Below are positions 34,481 to 47,000 of a DNA stretch of 64,000 nucleotides, piece after piece. The notes beneath the pieces are model-generated. The model saw only the letters and a program-made list of their open reading frames with translations. It did no database searches and had not been told where the DNA came from. The position numbers were made by a program, and so were the translations under genes. Positions within the stretch are counted from its first letter, which is position 1, and every line of letters begins with the position of its first letter. This DNA is from Phoronis australis (Eukaryota; Animalia; Phoronida): positions 1 to 64,000 of the forward strand of contig NMRA01000410.1 in the NCBI GenBank assembly GCA_002633005.1, read 5' to 3'.

Positions 34481-34866
34481 ATATATATTTATATCTTTTT
34501 CATCTTTATTATAAGCACCTCTTTGACTATTGACATTTTTAATATCACCATAAAACAACCCCTTAGTTCAATGAAGATCAATAGGGACTCGGTACTTAAA
34601 TTATTAAGGGCATTGCATGAAAAATCACTTATTTTTAATGAAGAACAAATTCAATGTAGAGCTCATTCGTATCAGAGCCAAAAATTGACTAAGTAATGAA
34701 ACTAAAACAGTATAAGAAAGGGAAATCAGTGTTATTCACAATTTGAAGACCACAAACGCGCTAGATTTAGGGAACTCAGGAGTAAAAGCACAATCATGTC
34801 CTCATAATAATTCTGATGGTTGTAGAACTGATTACACATTCACAGAATAAAGTTGTGTTTTGCACA

Positions 34867-34872
34867 TTTATT
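34867..34872 (-). terminator. Candidate HNF4 polyadenylation signal AATAAA (3'UTR ~2.7 kb)
   Basis: Followed on the - strand by T/GT-rich sequence (ttctgtgaatgtgt); alternatives near 35317 and 34505. Confidence 0.35.
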
Positions 34873-37569
34873 AATAATCAAAGCCAGTTACACTATACAA
34901 ATCTGAGTATATGTACACCTCGGGGTCCACACCTCTTTAACAATAATCAATCATTTGGCACCATGAATTAGAATGGCACTCGTCAAAACAATTCAAAGTC
35001 CATGTATAAATGCACAAAATCTCATATTCAAAAGACTTCGAGTCTACGAAGTAATATGTAATTCTGTCGCATCCGAATAGTAGTCATTTCATAATATGAA
35101 GCAGATTCTCAGAGAAAGTAAAATGCAATCCTACCAAATAGCCAACAAATTCTATATTTCTTTTCCAATACATTCATTGTAATATCACACCAACTTCAGA
35201 CAAAAGCAGTCATTTTTTTCACATTTCAAACGCTTCTAACATTATTCTGAATGCCCCCAAATTCTCAAAACCAGTCAGACGAATGTAAAAGTATTGAACT
35301 TGAAAAAAGCAAATCATTTATTCGATGTTAGCTATTTTTTTCTTGTCCGCCATATTGCGCGCTAAATTGGTGAGATTTTACCTCAACAATCTTCCCTTAC
35401 TGTGTGTGCACCATATATTTAATGATAGTCGACAAATATTTGCATTTTCTTAGCAAATGACAAAAAGTATCAAAACTATCCAGTTTGTAGTACAACTTTT
35501 TCAATACTAAAAGTGGCAAGATTAATGGCAGGTAAAGCATCTTGACAAGATTGTTCGTTTACAGCGGGTTACATAGCTCAGGGTGCTAATTAATAAATCA
35601 TCTTGACGCATTTACAATCTAACAGAACCTCTCAAGAGATAACAATTTTAAGACAATTTTGCACGCATACAAAATGATTGACTAGATTCCAGCAAAATAA
35701 CAAACTGGCACAACACGTGCCAAATACAAAAAATAATGCCACACTCTGTGTCGGCAAAATAAAAACATATATAGTAGCAGAGACATGGTTAAAGCCAAAG
35801 CCTTAGCAACAGAGATGTGGGAGAAATTAAGTCACAATCAGAAACAAGAAGCTTGCATCCATGGCAAGGTTTTAAATAAAAACTATGGTGACTGAAACAA
35901 CGATTGTCACTCCACACTTTGAACCAAAGCCTTTAGGTATGACAGCTCCTCGGTTAATTCGCACAACAGCAATAGCCACTTCGCAGAATACAATTATAGC
36001 TGCTTCTCTGATTCAGCAGTATTTTCCCACAATGCAACGCGTCTTTAGAACAGTTATACGCTGTTGTTATGCTGATTACTATTTTGCATGGACATTAGTT
36101 TGTCATTCGTCTTTCCGACACCAATTCAGTTTTAACCACTGCATGGTGAGTTGCAACAGGGGCATAAAAAAATTTGACAAGCCGAGTGAGACGTCCATAA
36201 ATCATTCTTCATAACTCCAACTAGGCTCAGAAGTGTTAGCTGGCCTTACCTTACGACAGGGTCAATTATGCTTTTTTACCTCCTCCACAAAAGAGGTTAG
36301 TCGAATCCAGGATGTTGGAATTGCCAAATATTTTTATGATTTTTCACCTATCTAGCATGCTATAACTAAATATATTTTGTCAGCTATTTTATGATAGCTA
36401 CATACAGTAATTCTTCAACTATTTAGCACAAAGTATGATGGATGAGTGAACATTCATTTTGTCAAATTTCTCAACAAAAATAAAGATAAAGAAAATTTTA
36501 GCCAGTGTTCAGCTTGTTTGTACTTTGGAAATGTCATAAAAACATTTGGTTATGTTTCCATAATTCGCAGCAAAGTAATTAGTCGTTAAAAAGTTGAAAA
36601 ATGAGAATTTAGGCGATTATTTTTGTGCGAAATACCTGAAGAATTACAGTATATGTAGATAGAGTAAACTTTCATATTGATTACTTTTTATGGGAAATTG
36701 GACATAAGTTCACACTGGCCGTCCTAATGAGTGTAAAGTTCGTAAAGAATTACTATAGAGCATCGTGTTTTGCATATCAACACAAACTCTAATTGTGAAC
36801 TACTGCTTTCTACAATATTATGGCTAGATTCACTCGCACTACAACTGAACAATTATATACACAACTTACAAAACTCGTACAGAAAATATAAACTCTATCA
36901 GTCAGCTCAGCATATCTCATACTTTGTAACACAAGCCTTCAAAATCGTTCACACTTTTCATCCAATCATTTCATACAATCCAATCAATCTATCATATCTG
37001 TGATTTTACTAAAACGGTGAACACGAAGAAGACAGATAAAAACAATTATGAATCAATGATTAATATAACATCTTAAAATGTAATCAAAAAAATTAACATT
37101 AGTGTATAATCTTCATATAAAATTGTAAGTCTTGCAGTAACATCATGTATATAGATAAACTGTTTTGCATTGACTGTGCATTTGGAATGACCAAATGAAC
37201 TAACCCTATTGCAAATATTTCCCATGCCTAACTTTATATATAACAAGATCATTCCATAACACCCCTCGACAACACGTTGACAGCAACACTGGAAATACCC
37301 AACATGGCCAGTTGTAGTCAACTTCATTCCATAAATTCTTTGGACGGGACTAATGTGTGTTTGGTCCAACTTCAGCAACCAGAGTAACGTGGCTATAGAA
37401 CTGGAGCATAACAGTTCTTTAAAAACACAGTTTTCAATAATAATAATAGTAATAACAGCACACAAAATGTACATCAAATAAACCACATCCATGTGAGCAG
37501 TTGTGGCTATAGCTAGGATTTCTTCAAATTCAAATTCTTCATAACTGTTGCCGTTTCATTTTTTTCAAA

Positions 37570-38030
37570 TCAGGCCACTTCCTGTTTCAGCAATGGCAGA
37601 CGTGACAACTTAAACACCTCCATGGGTGGTGAGGGTACCGGTGACTCATGCCGGTGTACCAGGGCACGTGGTGGTGACTGGGGCTCAATGTGGTGGCCAT
37701 TGGTCATCTGGCTATGATCCAGTGGACTGACTGGCGAGCTCATGCCATTGACCACCATGTTGCTGCTGGACGCAAGAATGGTTTGAGAGAACACACTCGA
37801 GGACACGCTGGAATGCGACGATATTGACGATGGCTCAGTCAGCTGACTGATCATGTGACTGTGCTCAGCACTCGGAGACGTCAAGGAACTGGCGCCGTTG
37901 TTGTTGTCAGAGCTTCCACTGGCTATGAGGTCGAGAGAGGAACTTGCCATTTGTTCTGGTGGAGGGGATGGCTGTGCCATCATGTGTTGGGGAACAGAAC
38001 TACCAGGGTGGGGTCCCTCACTGTTGGCAC
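37570..38030 (-). CDS. HNF4: HNF4 last exon: Ser/Pro-rich F domain ending LLKQEVA*
   Basis: tttcttgcag acceptor, open frame to TGA, QPSPP and KQEV shared with vertebrate HNF4A. Confidence 0.92.
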
Positions 38031-41000
38031 CTGCAAGAAACAGTCAAGTCAAAATCTCACTGACTTAAAGATTTTCATTTTCTTGATTAAATTTTAAATT
38101 TTCTTGTTTTGAAAAAAAGTTTAGAACAGTAAAGGGAAAAACAAAACTCTTCCTTACAGTGGCAAGATAGTTGAAGGCTGACCAAATTGAATATGTTTCA
38201 CAGTACCACTCAGATACAAGATATGCGAACATTTTCAAGAGTCCATCGCCATCAAATCACCTAAGCAACTCACCTCCCAATAACATCTCCTGCAGGAGAT
38301 TGTCAATCTTGGCCACGCCAAACCACTTGGCAAACTGGATCTGCTCGATCATCTGCCACGTGATGCTCTGAAGAGCCGGCAACACCAGCAGAATCTCCCC
38401 GAACCGGCCTCGACTGTCATACTGGCGGTCGTTGATGTAGTCTTCCAGATTTATCTGCACCTGGTAACGCATAGCCTTTATCTTCTGAGTGTCGCTCAGC
38501 CCTTTGGCATCTGAAGGTACCGAGTCAAAAAGTGAGAGTTGCGATTCTTTTTGTTGTATCGCTGCAATGGTCAACGGGGTTACACGTCTTTAGTCCACTT
38601 TGGCGGCACTGTCATCTCAATTTGGAGAGTAGTGCTTGAACATGCAAAAGTGAGTGCTGGCATGCTTTGGGTTCTTCCTCAGGTGTGAAGAAAAGGAGGT
38701 GGTCCCAACGAAAGCATAGGCCAAAAAACCAACAAAATGTACTTCATGCCCAGTTAAAAATTTACCAAATCAAATTGTGAAAAATTTGAAAGTTTACTCA
38801 AAAAAGTCTTAGGCGATTGGTAAATTTTTAGTGGTCTGAAGTGAAGTTTGTAGGTATTGAGCCCAGTAGTGTAGAATAATGAACCTTTTGGTACAATTAG
38901 GCATGCAAATATAAGTTAGTCCAAAAGAACAGAATATTCAATGACAAAACAGTAATAACAGATAATACAGTAACAAATATGCCTCATGAGACAACTCAGG
39001 TGATACTGTTTTACTAAATGAATGTTTCAAACTTAAAAAACAAATTGCAACTATTAAGCAAAAATTAAATAAATGGAGCAATATCAAGCACATTCAAAGT
39101 AATTATGCTTAGAGTATTAAAGTGCCTGCGAACACCATTTTTGTTAACTTACAACAAAGCTCCTCCCACACGTGTCGATTGTGACATGATCGTAATTTTG
39201 ATAATGCACTACAAGACGACAGTAATCAGACAAAATACGGCTTTCCCATCATGACGGCTAATTCTGTTAACAGCAAAAAATTACTGGAAATAATTATTAA
39301 GACAGCAAAAATTCTAATTATAGAACAGTTTAGCCACCTTACTAACTTTCCTGTTTAACTCCAATTTATTCTCGGCTGTGAGAGAAGACTACCATCGTGT
39401 TCAATTCAGCTTCTACCCAGGCATCATTATGGGGAATTACCGGTCTATTTGTCTGAATACTTTCCGCTTGTACTGTATGCTAGTTAGCTACCATCCATTT
39501 GCTAACGTTTATTACCATCTTGTGACAATCGGAGAAGAGAAGGCAGCCATTCCATATAAAAAATGAGTCACACTAACATCTACAACACTACTCAAGGTGT
39601 AAAGGGTCAATTTCACAGCACCCACTATTTGGTTGAGAGATTTGTAAAAGTACAACTGTCCTCAAGAGGCCAGATTATCAGGAAATCTGATCAAAGAGCC
39701 TATTGCATGGGGTAGACCAATTAGCGCATTAGCCATGGCTTCATGGCAATAAAACACTGACTAAAATAGTTTGATATAACGTGCACTAGAACTGGTGATT
39801 TTCGAACTGGTTGGCTTCTGAAATTGAATTGCTCGTACTAAGTTAGTATCCATTATTACCCGAAGATATACGACAAAAATTGACCAAACGAAATGCTTTA
39901 GCTTTCAGTTTTCTGGTACCCATTGTTTTAGTAACACTTTGAACCATGGTAGATTATTGGCCTGAGTGCAGTGATGTAGGACAATAGGGCACAGGAACGC
40001 TTAAAAACTGGAAAATTGGTATCTCGATGTATCCAAGAAATTGTTGTTTTCTGGAGTTGAAACCAAATGGGAGGTTTTTGTAATGATGAAAATCAGTAAT
40101 CTTTCTACCTTTTGTTCTTAAAAATTTGTTTTGCAGTTGCAAGAAGCAGAGCCACAAAAAACATTCAGAGCAATGTAACAACAAACTCATTTTCAGAATG
40201 TCCAAGCTTGTCCTAACATCTTGATGAAATGGACTGTAAACAGGCAGTTTTGGCCAAAAACACCATCCTCAAATGCCACTAGTTATTCCCCCCCATGTTC
40301 AAGATCATGCTGAGAACTACCAACTACCTATTTCTTAATGTTTATTACAAAAAATGTAGAATACAATAGTTGGAGGAGTTACCAGGGTTTTCCGTAGATA
40401 AGCCCATGGGCATGTATTCGGAAAATGAAAATTTTCAGGCACTTCAGTAACACCGAATAAACGCTCGGAAATTTATTCAGAAAAGAGAGGCATGTACACA
40501 GAAAGTCATAGCCTCGGCTGATATAAAAATGTCTGATTTTTTTGCAAAAAACTGTTTTTTACTTTTAAATTAATAAACACATAGTTCACCAACACTGCTC
40601 ATTTTTAGAAATGATAAATGCTCCACAAAACTGAATTTGTGGCTAAAAATTGATGCTAAGTACGCTTTTAAGAGGACATTTGACACCAGAAGTTGTAACA
40701 CCAAATAAACGGCCATGGGCATTTCATCGGGTGGGCTTATCTACGGAAAATCCGGGTGCCCAGAAAGCTCCAGAAAGCATTATATCTGTGCATAGAACTA
40801 CCATAGAGTGAAAATGCCTTGAAGAAGCTGGAGACAAAGTAGGTACAATAACTACTAGTAAATGGTGTTCATAGGCACTTTACTGAAGTATTGTGGCAAG
40901 AAGACAAACCCACCTGGATCAAAGAACACAATGGCCTTCAGGCATGCAAACTCAGAATCGTCAATTTGTACATCCCGAAGAGGTTTGACGAGTTCATCTA

Positions 41001-44000
41001 GGATCCTATTGGCCACCCGTCCAATCTCAAGTTCTGGTGTATTTCGGGGGATCACGTAGTCATTCCCTAATAACAAGATGTCCTTGTAGGCAAGTGACCG
41101 TCTGGCAACACCCAGCAACAAATGTTCACCGGCATGTGCACGTAACAGTGCCACCTAGGGATGAAGAAATGTTACTTAAATTTGTGTCCGACTATATTTC
41201 ACTACAAATTTCCACCAGACTATAATAATACTGCAATCAGACATTCACTCAGAGAAGGAAACTAATTAATGCATACTAGTCAATCTACAGCGCCAGATCT
41301 TTGGCTTTTTCGAAATTTGATTAGAAGACACTCTAGCCTAATAAGTATCGAACTCTGCTCACACCAAAATTTTGAGGAACAGAAAGTTAAAAACTTTGTC
41401 ATGAAATGTTTGGCTACAACTATAACGCACCTGGTCATCCAGGGGCAGGTCGCAGAAACTTGGAATGTATTTGGCCCACTCAACCAGTACCAGCAGCTGT
41501 TGCTTCATAGACTCACTTACGTCACTGATACCGGCCAACTTTTTCTGACTTATGTCACTACCATTCATGGGGGACGATATCTGAAATGTACAAAAAGTTA
41601 TCCATGAGTTTTCTTTGTGAGCGTGGTTGAATTATCATACACGTGATCAAGATTCTGTGATGTGAAGAAGTTCTCAACATGAGCAGGACTCAACAGATTG
41701 AAGGTCCGACATGATAAATGCTAACATAAAAAACTTTCGTCTCGACATGAATCATGGCATGAGACAAAACCCTGTAAGATTAACTAACACTACTGATATC
41801 TTTCTATTATAGTAACCAATTTAGGTGAAATACCTGTGTGTTAATGCTTTTTGAATTTTGTCAGGGATTACTAGATATACAGTAGAACTCTCGTAAGTCA
41901 GACTTATACGTTAGTCAGATTGTCACTGAACTCAGAGAAAGTTTCACGGCACATTTGTTTCACTTCGTGCAGTTTTCTTTTCATTACATCAGACTGCAAA
42001 AATATCTCGGTATGATTGGATCTGACTTATGTGAGTTTTACTGTAGCCTGTAAAAACTCTTAACAAAATGTGGGGACAGTTTAGAAATTTAATAACCGTA
42101 AAAATACATCAAGTTAGGACACAAGATGGCAGACAAGTGAAATTAATTTTTTTTTCTTTTCATAAAAGAAAAGTAGCACCCAATAAATTAATACTTCATC
42201 ATTTACACGTCCTACAGAACACAGTCACCATCTGACAATGTTTTGGGAAATTCTGGGCATTCGCATTAATGTTAGAAGCTTTTGAAAAGTTTGGGAGATT
42301 ATTGCATGACTTGATAAGTGGGATACTACATGTGTGCTTGTGTGAGGGAGCAAGTGTTGAATACAAAAAATCTGGTAGGCAAAAAATTAAGGCAACACCA
42401 CATGAAAAATTTGCCACCATATGCTTGAGAAAAGCGGCAGTGAGGGCAGTGACGTCAATAACATGGCCATGCAATTGGCGACAGATGTTGTTTAAAGTAA
42501 CCAGGTTACATGAGAATTAAATTTGGCAGCACTTAATGTGAAACAGTTGGGCTTCCTGTTTATATTTTTGACATGTTGGTCACACTAATGACAAGAACAA
42601 CAGGAATAGAAGGATATGTTCAAACTGGGGTAATATGAAAAGTTACCACTGGCTGGCAGGCAAGTCGCATTCTAATTTCTCAATCCTGGGGCCCCGTTTT
42701 ATCAAAAGCCTAAGTACAGTCAAAGCTGAGACAGCCATAGAAATGCTAATGGCATTGCATTTTTAGAACAATGAAAATGTTGCAATTGATGTTGAGTTGA
42801 CAAATCATTTCATATTCAGACCTAATGGCCGCCTTCGTGAGCCATGTGTGCGAATTACTATCAGAGTTTAACCCGACTGTCTTCAGCTGGGACTGTTTCA
42901 TGCAACCGGGCACAGATCCTCTCCACTGCCTGACACTAGAAACTATCACAGGAAATCAACCCAGGAAATCAACATTTGTCTTGGCATTGACCCTGGTCTG
43001 TAAATCAACAGCACGTGATTTCTAGAAATAGCAGGGATGTTTTTCAACAACTGCACTGACTGACCCCTATGCATGACCGCAGTACAAGAGCAGAAAATTA
43101 AACCAGTCAAATAGTGCAAGACATCCTTCTCTAGTCACTTTCTGGTAATGCTTGAATATATATAAAAGTGAACTTGTGAATGTCAACTAGAATTCATCCT
43201 TTTCCAAACATATTTTCAGTCAAAATAGAAAAAAATGAAGCGCTCATGCCTTATTAAACAATATGAAATTCTGAAGCATGCTGCCTGGCGACTACTTTAT
43301 AAACTATGGATATCAAAGTAATAATCTGTAAAACAATCAACAAGCAGAATACTAACACTTTACATAAACAGGGCTTGGGTAACCATGTTTGCAAAGGCTT
43401 GAAAATGTGTCGGGTAAACAAAAACATAAATTATGGTAAATGTAACCCTTTTTCATTTTCCAAATGTTTTCCACACATGGAAACGATTTTGGTTATTTTT
43501 CCAGGTTTCCAAGATTTCTATCTATAACAGGTGCGAACTGAATATTTGTTTATCAGGTCACTACCCAAGCGGCCAATGTCACTTTTCTGCCATTAATTAA
43601 CAACAAGAGAAGGATTGCATAATAGCTAAGGCAACTCACCTGTCTTGACAGTATTTCTGCATTTAGCAATGTGCTTACAGAGAGGTTACCATTCTGAATC
43701 AAGTCATCGTAACTTGTTCTGCGAATGCTAATACGGTCTCGCTCATTTTGTACAGCTGAAATACAGAAATAAGTCCCTTTCAAACTCCTGATTCGTGGCA
43801 ACAGCAGCAAATGAAGATGGAAAGATTTTGGTCTACACAAATCATTCCTTCTTGTGTATACGGTAAAATCTCACTAATTTAGGACACAAGGTGGTGGGCA
43901 AGTGAAATTTTATTTTACTATTTTTAAGTGTGTATCAAGCAATTGATGAAAAAGACACTGTTGTGCTTTTTGCATCTTTTAGTTACACCAAGCTACAGCG

Positions 44001-47000
44001 AGTGTGTTCAGTGATTTAAGCAGGGCTTGGAATGACCAATGACAAAAAACGCGGAAACTTTGAAACTTCTACGGCCCAAATCATGCCCGCTAACCAGCTT
44101 TGAAATGGTCAATGTGAACCTTTCCCCGACAAAAATCGGGAGGAATAAAAAAAAAACGTTACCACCATCAGTAGCATGCGTCTGCGTCCTTTTAGCTCGC
44201 CCGTCCACTCCCAACCCACACATTTTTGGCTGCAGAGCGGTAGTATTTGTTGCCACGCTTAACAATAACACGAGACGCCATTGAAAATCCCACCACGCTG
44301 TCCCAGATGCCCCGGCAATGTTGACAATTTACGTTCCTCCGAAACATAAAGAGCAACTTCCGCTTTTCGAGGTGAACGTCGTCTGCAACGCCGCAGTAGG
44401 AAAGGAATTTGCCGCGGAAATTTTATATCAAATCCAATTTTTTACGCGGAAATATTATAAAAAAAGCGGACAGCACATTTGAAAAAAGCGGAAATCCGCG
44501 TTTCCGCGGAAAATTCCAAGCCCTGTTTAAGGCATTACTTTAAGTACAATCAATATTGATTTTCTAAATTAGTTGCACTAATCATGTGCTTTATTAACCA
44601 AAGTCCAAAAAAATATCAAAATATTAAATATATATAGTAAAATTTCATCAATTTAGGATAAAATATAGCCAACTAGAAACCTCATTTTCTCATTTTTTCC
44701 AAAAGATATGTAGCGGCAAATTAAGGCTTTGTTAGCATAGCTACCAACAGAAAATTTTTTGAAAGAACAGGCATTCACAACAATGTCTGAAGCCCTTGGA
44801 AATGAGAAGAGGGCAATTTTAGTTATTATTTTGGTCCGAAAATGGTGAGATTTTACAGTAGAGACCATAAGAGCAACTCTAGGCCTGAAAACAACATTTG
44901 TTTGTAAAACCACACAGGCCAACAGGTGGCCTTGGTCTGGCTCTCCACAACTGGGCCACCGACACACAAGGTAGGTATAAAACACCATCCAACTTTTAAT
45001 TATTTGATATCAGGACCCTTTGGTCCAGATAAGATCGCTTGGGACAATTAGTTGTGGGTTGTCAACAGGCGGCCAGGCAAACACATCAAACAAGTGGGTG
45101 ACATTTAAACAAAAACATGATCATGTGCTGTTGAAGTCAGTGACCTGTGAGTACAAGTAAATATTGATCATAATGTAAAACAGTGCAGAAGCAAAACTCA
45201 GATGTAGAGTGGACGTTGGTGCTGCCAAAATTTGATGTTCAAATTCGAGAGAAGTGGTCCTGCCCTGAAATCAGCTTGGATAATTACAATCTACTTCTTG
45301 CTTTAGCAAGTTGTTGACATATCCATTTAGGTTGACATCCACCTTCAGCTAAATTCCAAGCCCCTGCTTATACTTAGTAAGAAATGCCATATTTTATAAG
45401 TACTTTCAAACCCATGACTGATTGAACACAGGAGATATGTCGCGCGATCAATTTAACACTTATTCAACGATTTTTGAGATTCTCCACTTCAATGCTGAAG
45501 GAGTTGTCAAAGCAAAAGGTGCCATGAAATGGTACGTTTTTAATGCAAAATTTCTGATCATGTTGTTGTCATGATACCTCACCGACTTGCGTCAATATTT
45601 CAGCATCTTAATGACTGGCATCACCCGTATGCTAACGACCTGAACAAGAATATCATAAAATACGTCAATTAGTGCTAATCAACGAACTGGTCTTAAAAAG
45701 TTTCCTTGAAAGGTTCTGTCATCAAAAAAGGAAAAATAATCTGCGATTGGTACAAACCAGTACAAAGAATTCCAATTTCAGAAGGAATGGTCAATTTTAT
45801 CATTACTGACAGCATCCAATTTGATCAGATCATAATCTACATGTCAATGTTCATGTTCACATGAATAATACCAGCCACTTACCTTCTTTGCGCATGCCTG
45901 CCCTGAAGCACTTCTTTAGTCGGCAGTACCGGCACTGATTGCGTTTGTCTTTATCCACCACACAGTTGCGGTTGAACCTGCACTGGTAGACGTGGTTCTT
46001 GCGCACGCTTCGTCGGAAGAAGCCCTTACAGCCGTCGCAACTGGCGGCTCCATAGTGCTTGCCCGTGGCTCTGTCGGCGCAGATGGCGCAGTATTGTGGT
46101 GTGCCTGAAGACAACGACTGAGCACCGGGACTGTTCAATCCTTGAACATGCTGCATCGACTGCAGGCTCATGTCTGATGGATCTGTAAAAAGACAGAAGT
46201 CGCTTTATGAGCAAATGGTCAGTGCAAAGATCACACAGCTCTTGGAACTGCTACCCAACATTCGGCTGCAGGCTTATGTCTGATGGATCTGTAAACAAAC
46301 AGAAGGCCTCGTGAGCAAATCTAGGGTGCAAAAATTGGAACTGCTACTATACATGAATATGTAAAAAGACATACCCAGGCTTTTTTGATGCGCAAAAATT
46401 GTGCAGTTCTTCGGACTGCTACATTTGGTTGCAGGCTCATGTTGGACAGATCCCTAACCAAGCAGAATGGAGTGGCAAGTCTCTGAATAAGCTAAGGATG
46501 ACATTCTGAGGGGTCCCTATTGAAACAGGAGGATTTTCGATTTTCATCAAGGACAGGGATTATCCATTCATTAGCGTCATTCCCATGGATTTCCAAATCC
46601 CGGATATATCCAATATTTTGTCACACTTAATGGGCAAGGGTTGAGACTATACTACTCTTAATTGAGTAAACAAACCATGGTATTACTCAGGAATGAAGTT
46701 TCCTGGCATTAGTCCAGGCAAATTTGGTAAATTCAGAATACCAGCGTAAATCATGTCCAGATGAAAAATTTTCCAGTTAAAATTTTAAGGAATAAATAAC
46801 AAAATTACTTCCACTGAATTTCACATGGGAATGGCACTAATGACCACAGTCAATAGAGCAGTCCTTGCCACTAGGTATACAATTAATTGTAGACTAAACA
46901 GCTGAGCAATATATTCAGGCAGTCAAACAAGTTGATAAATACCAATCAGCACTATGTGTCCAAGCTACATGCTATTTGATAAATGAAAAGTGCAAAGCCC

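Noticed and set aside
34340-34696. 118-aa Ile/Tyr-rich ORF
   Set aside because: Translation of the (TA)n microsatellite
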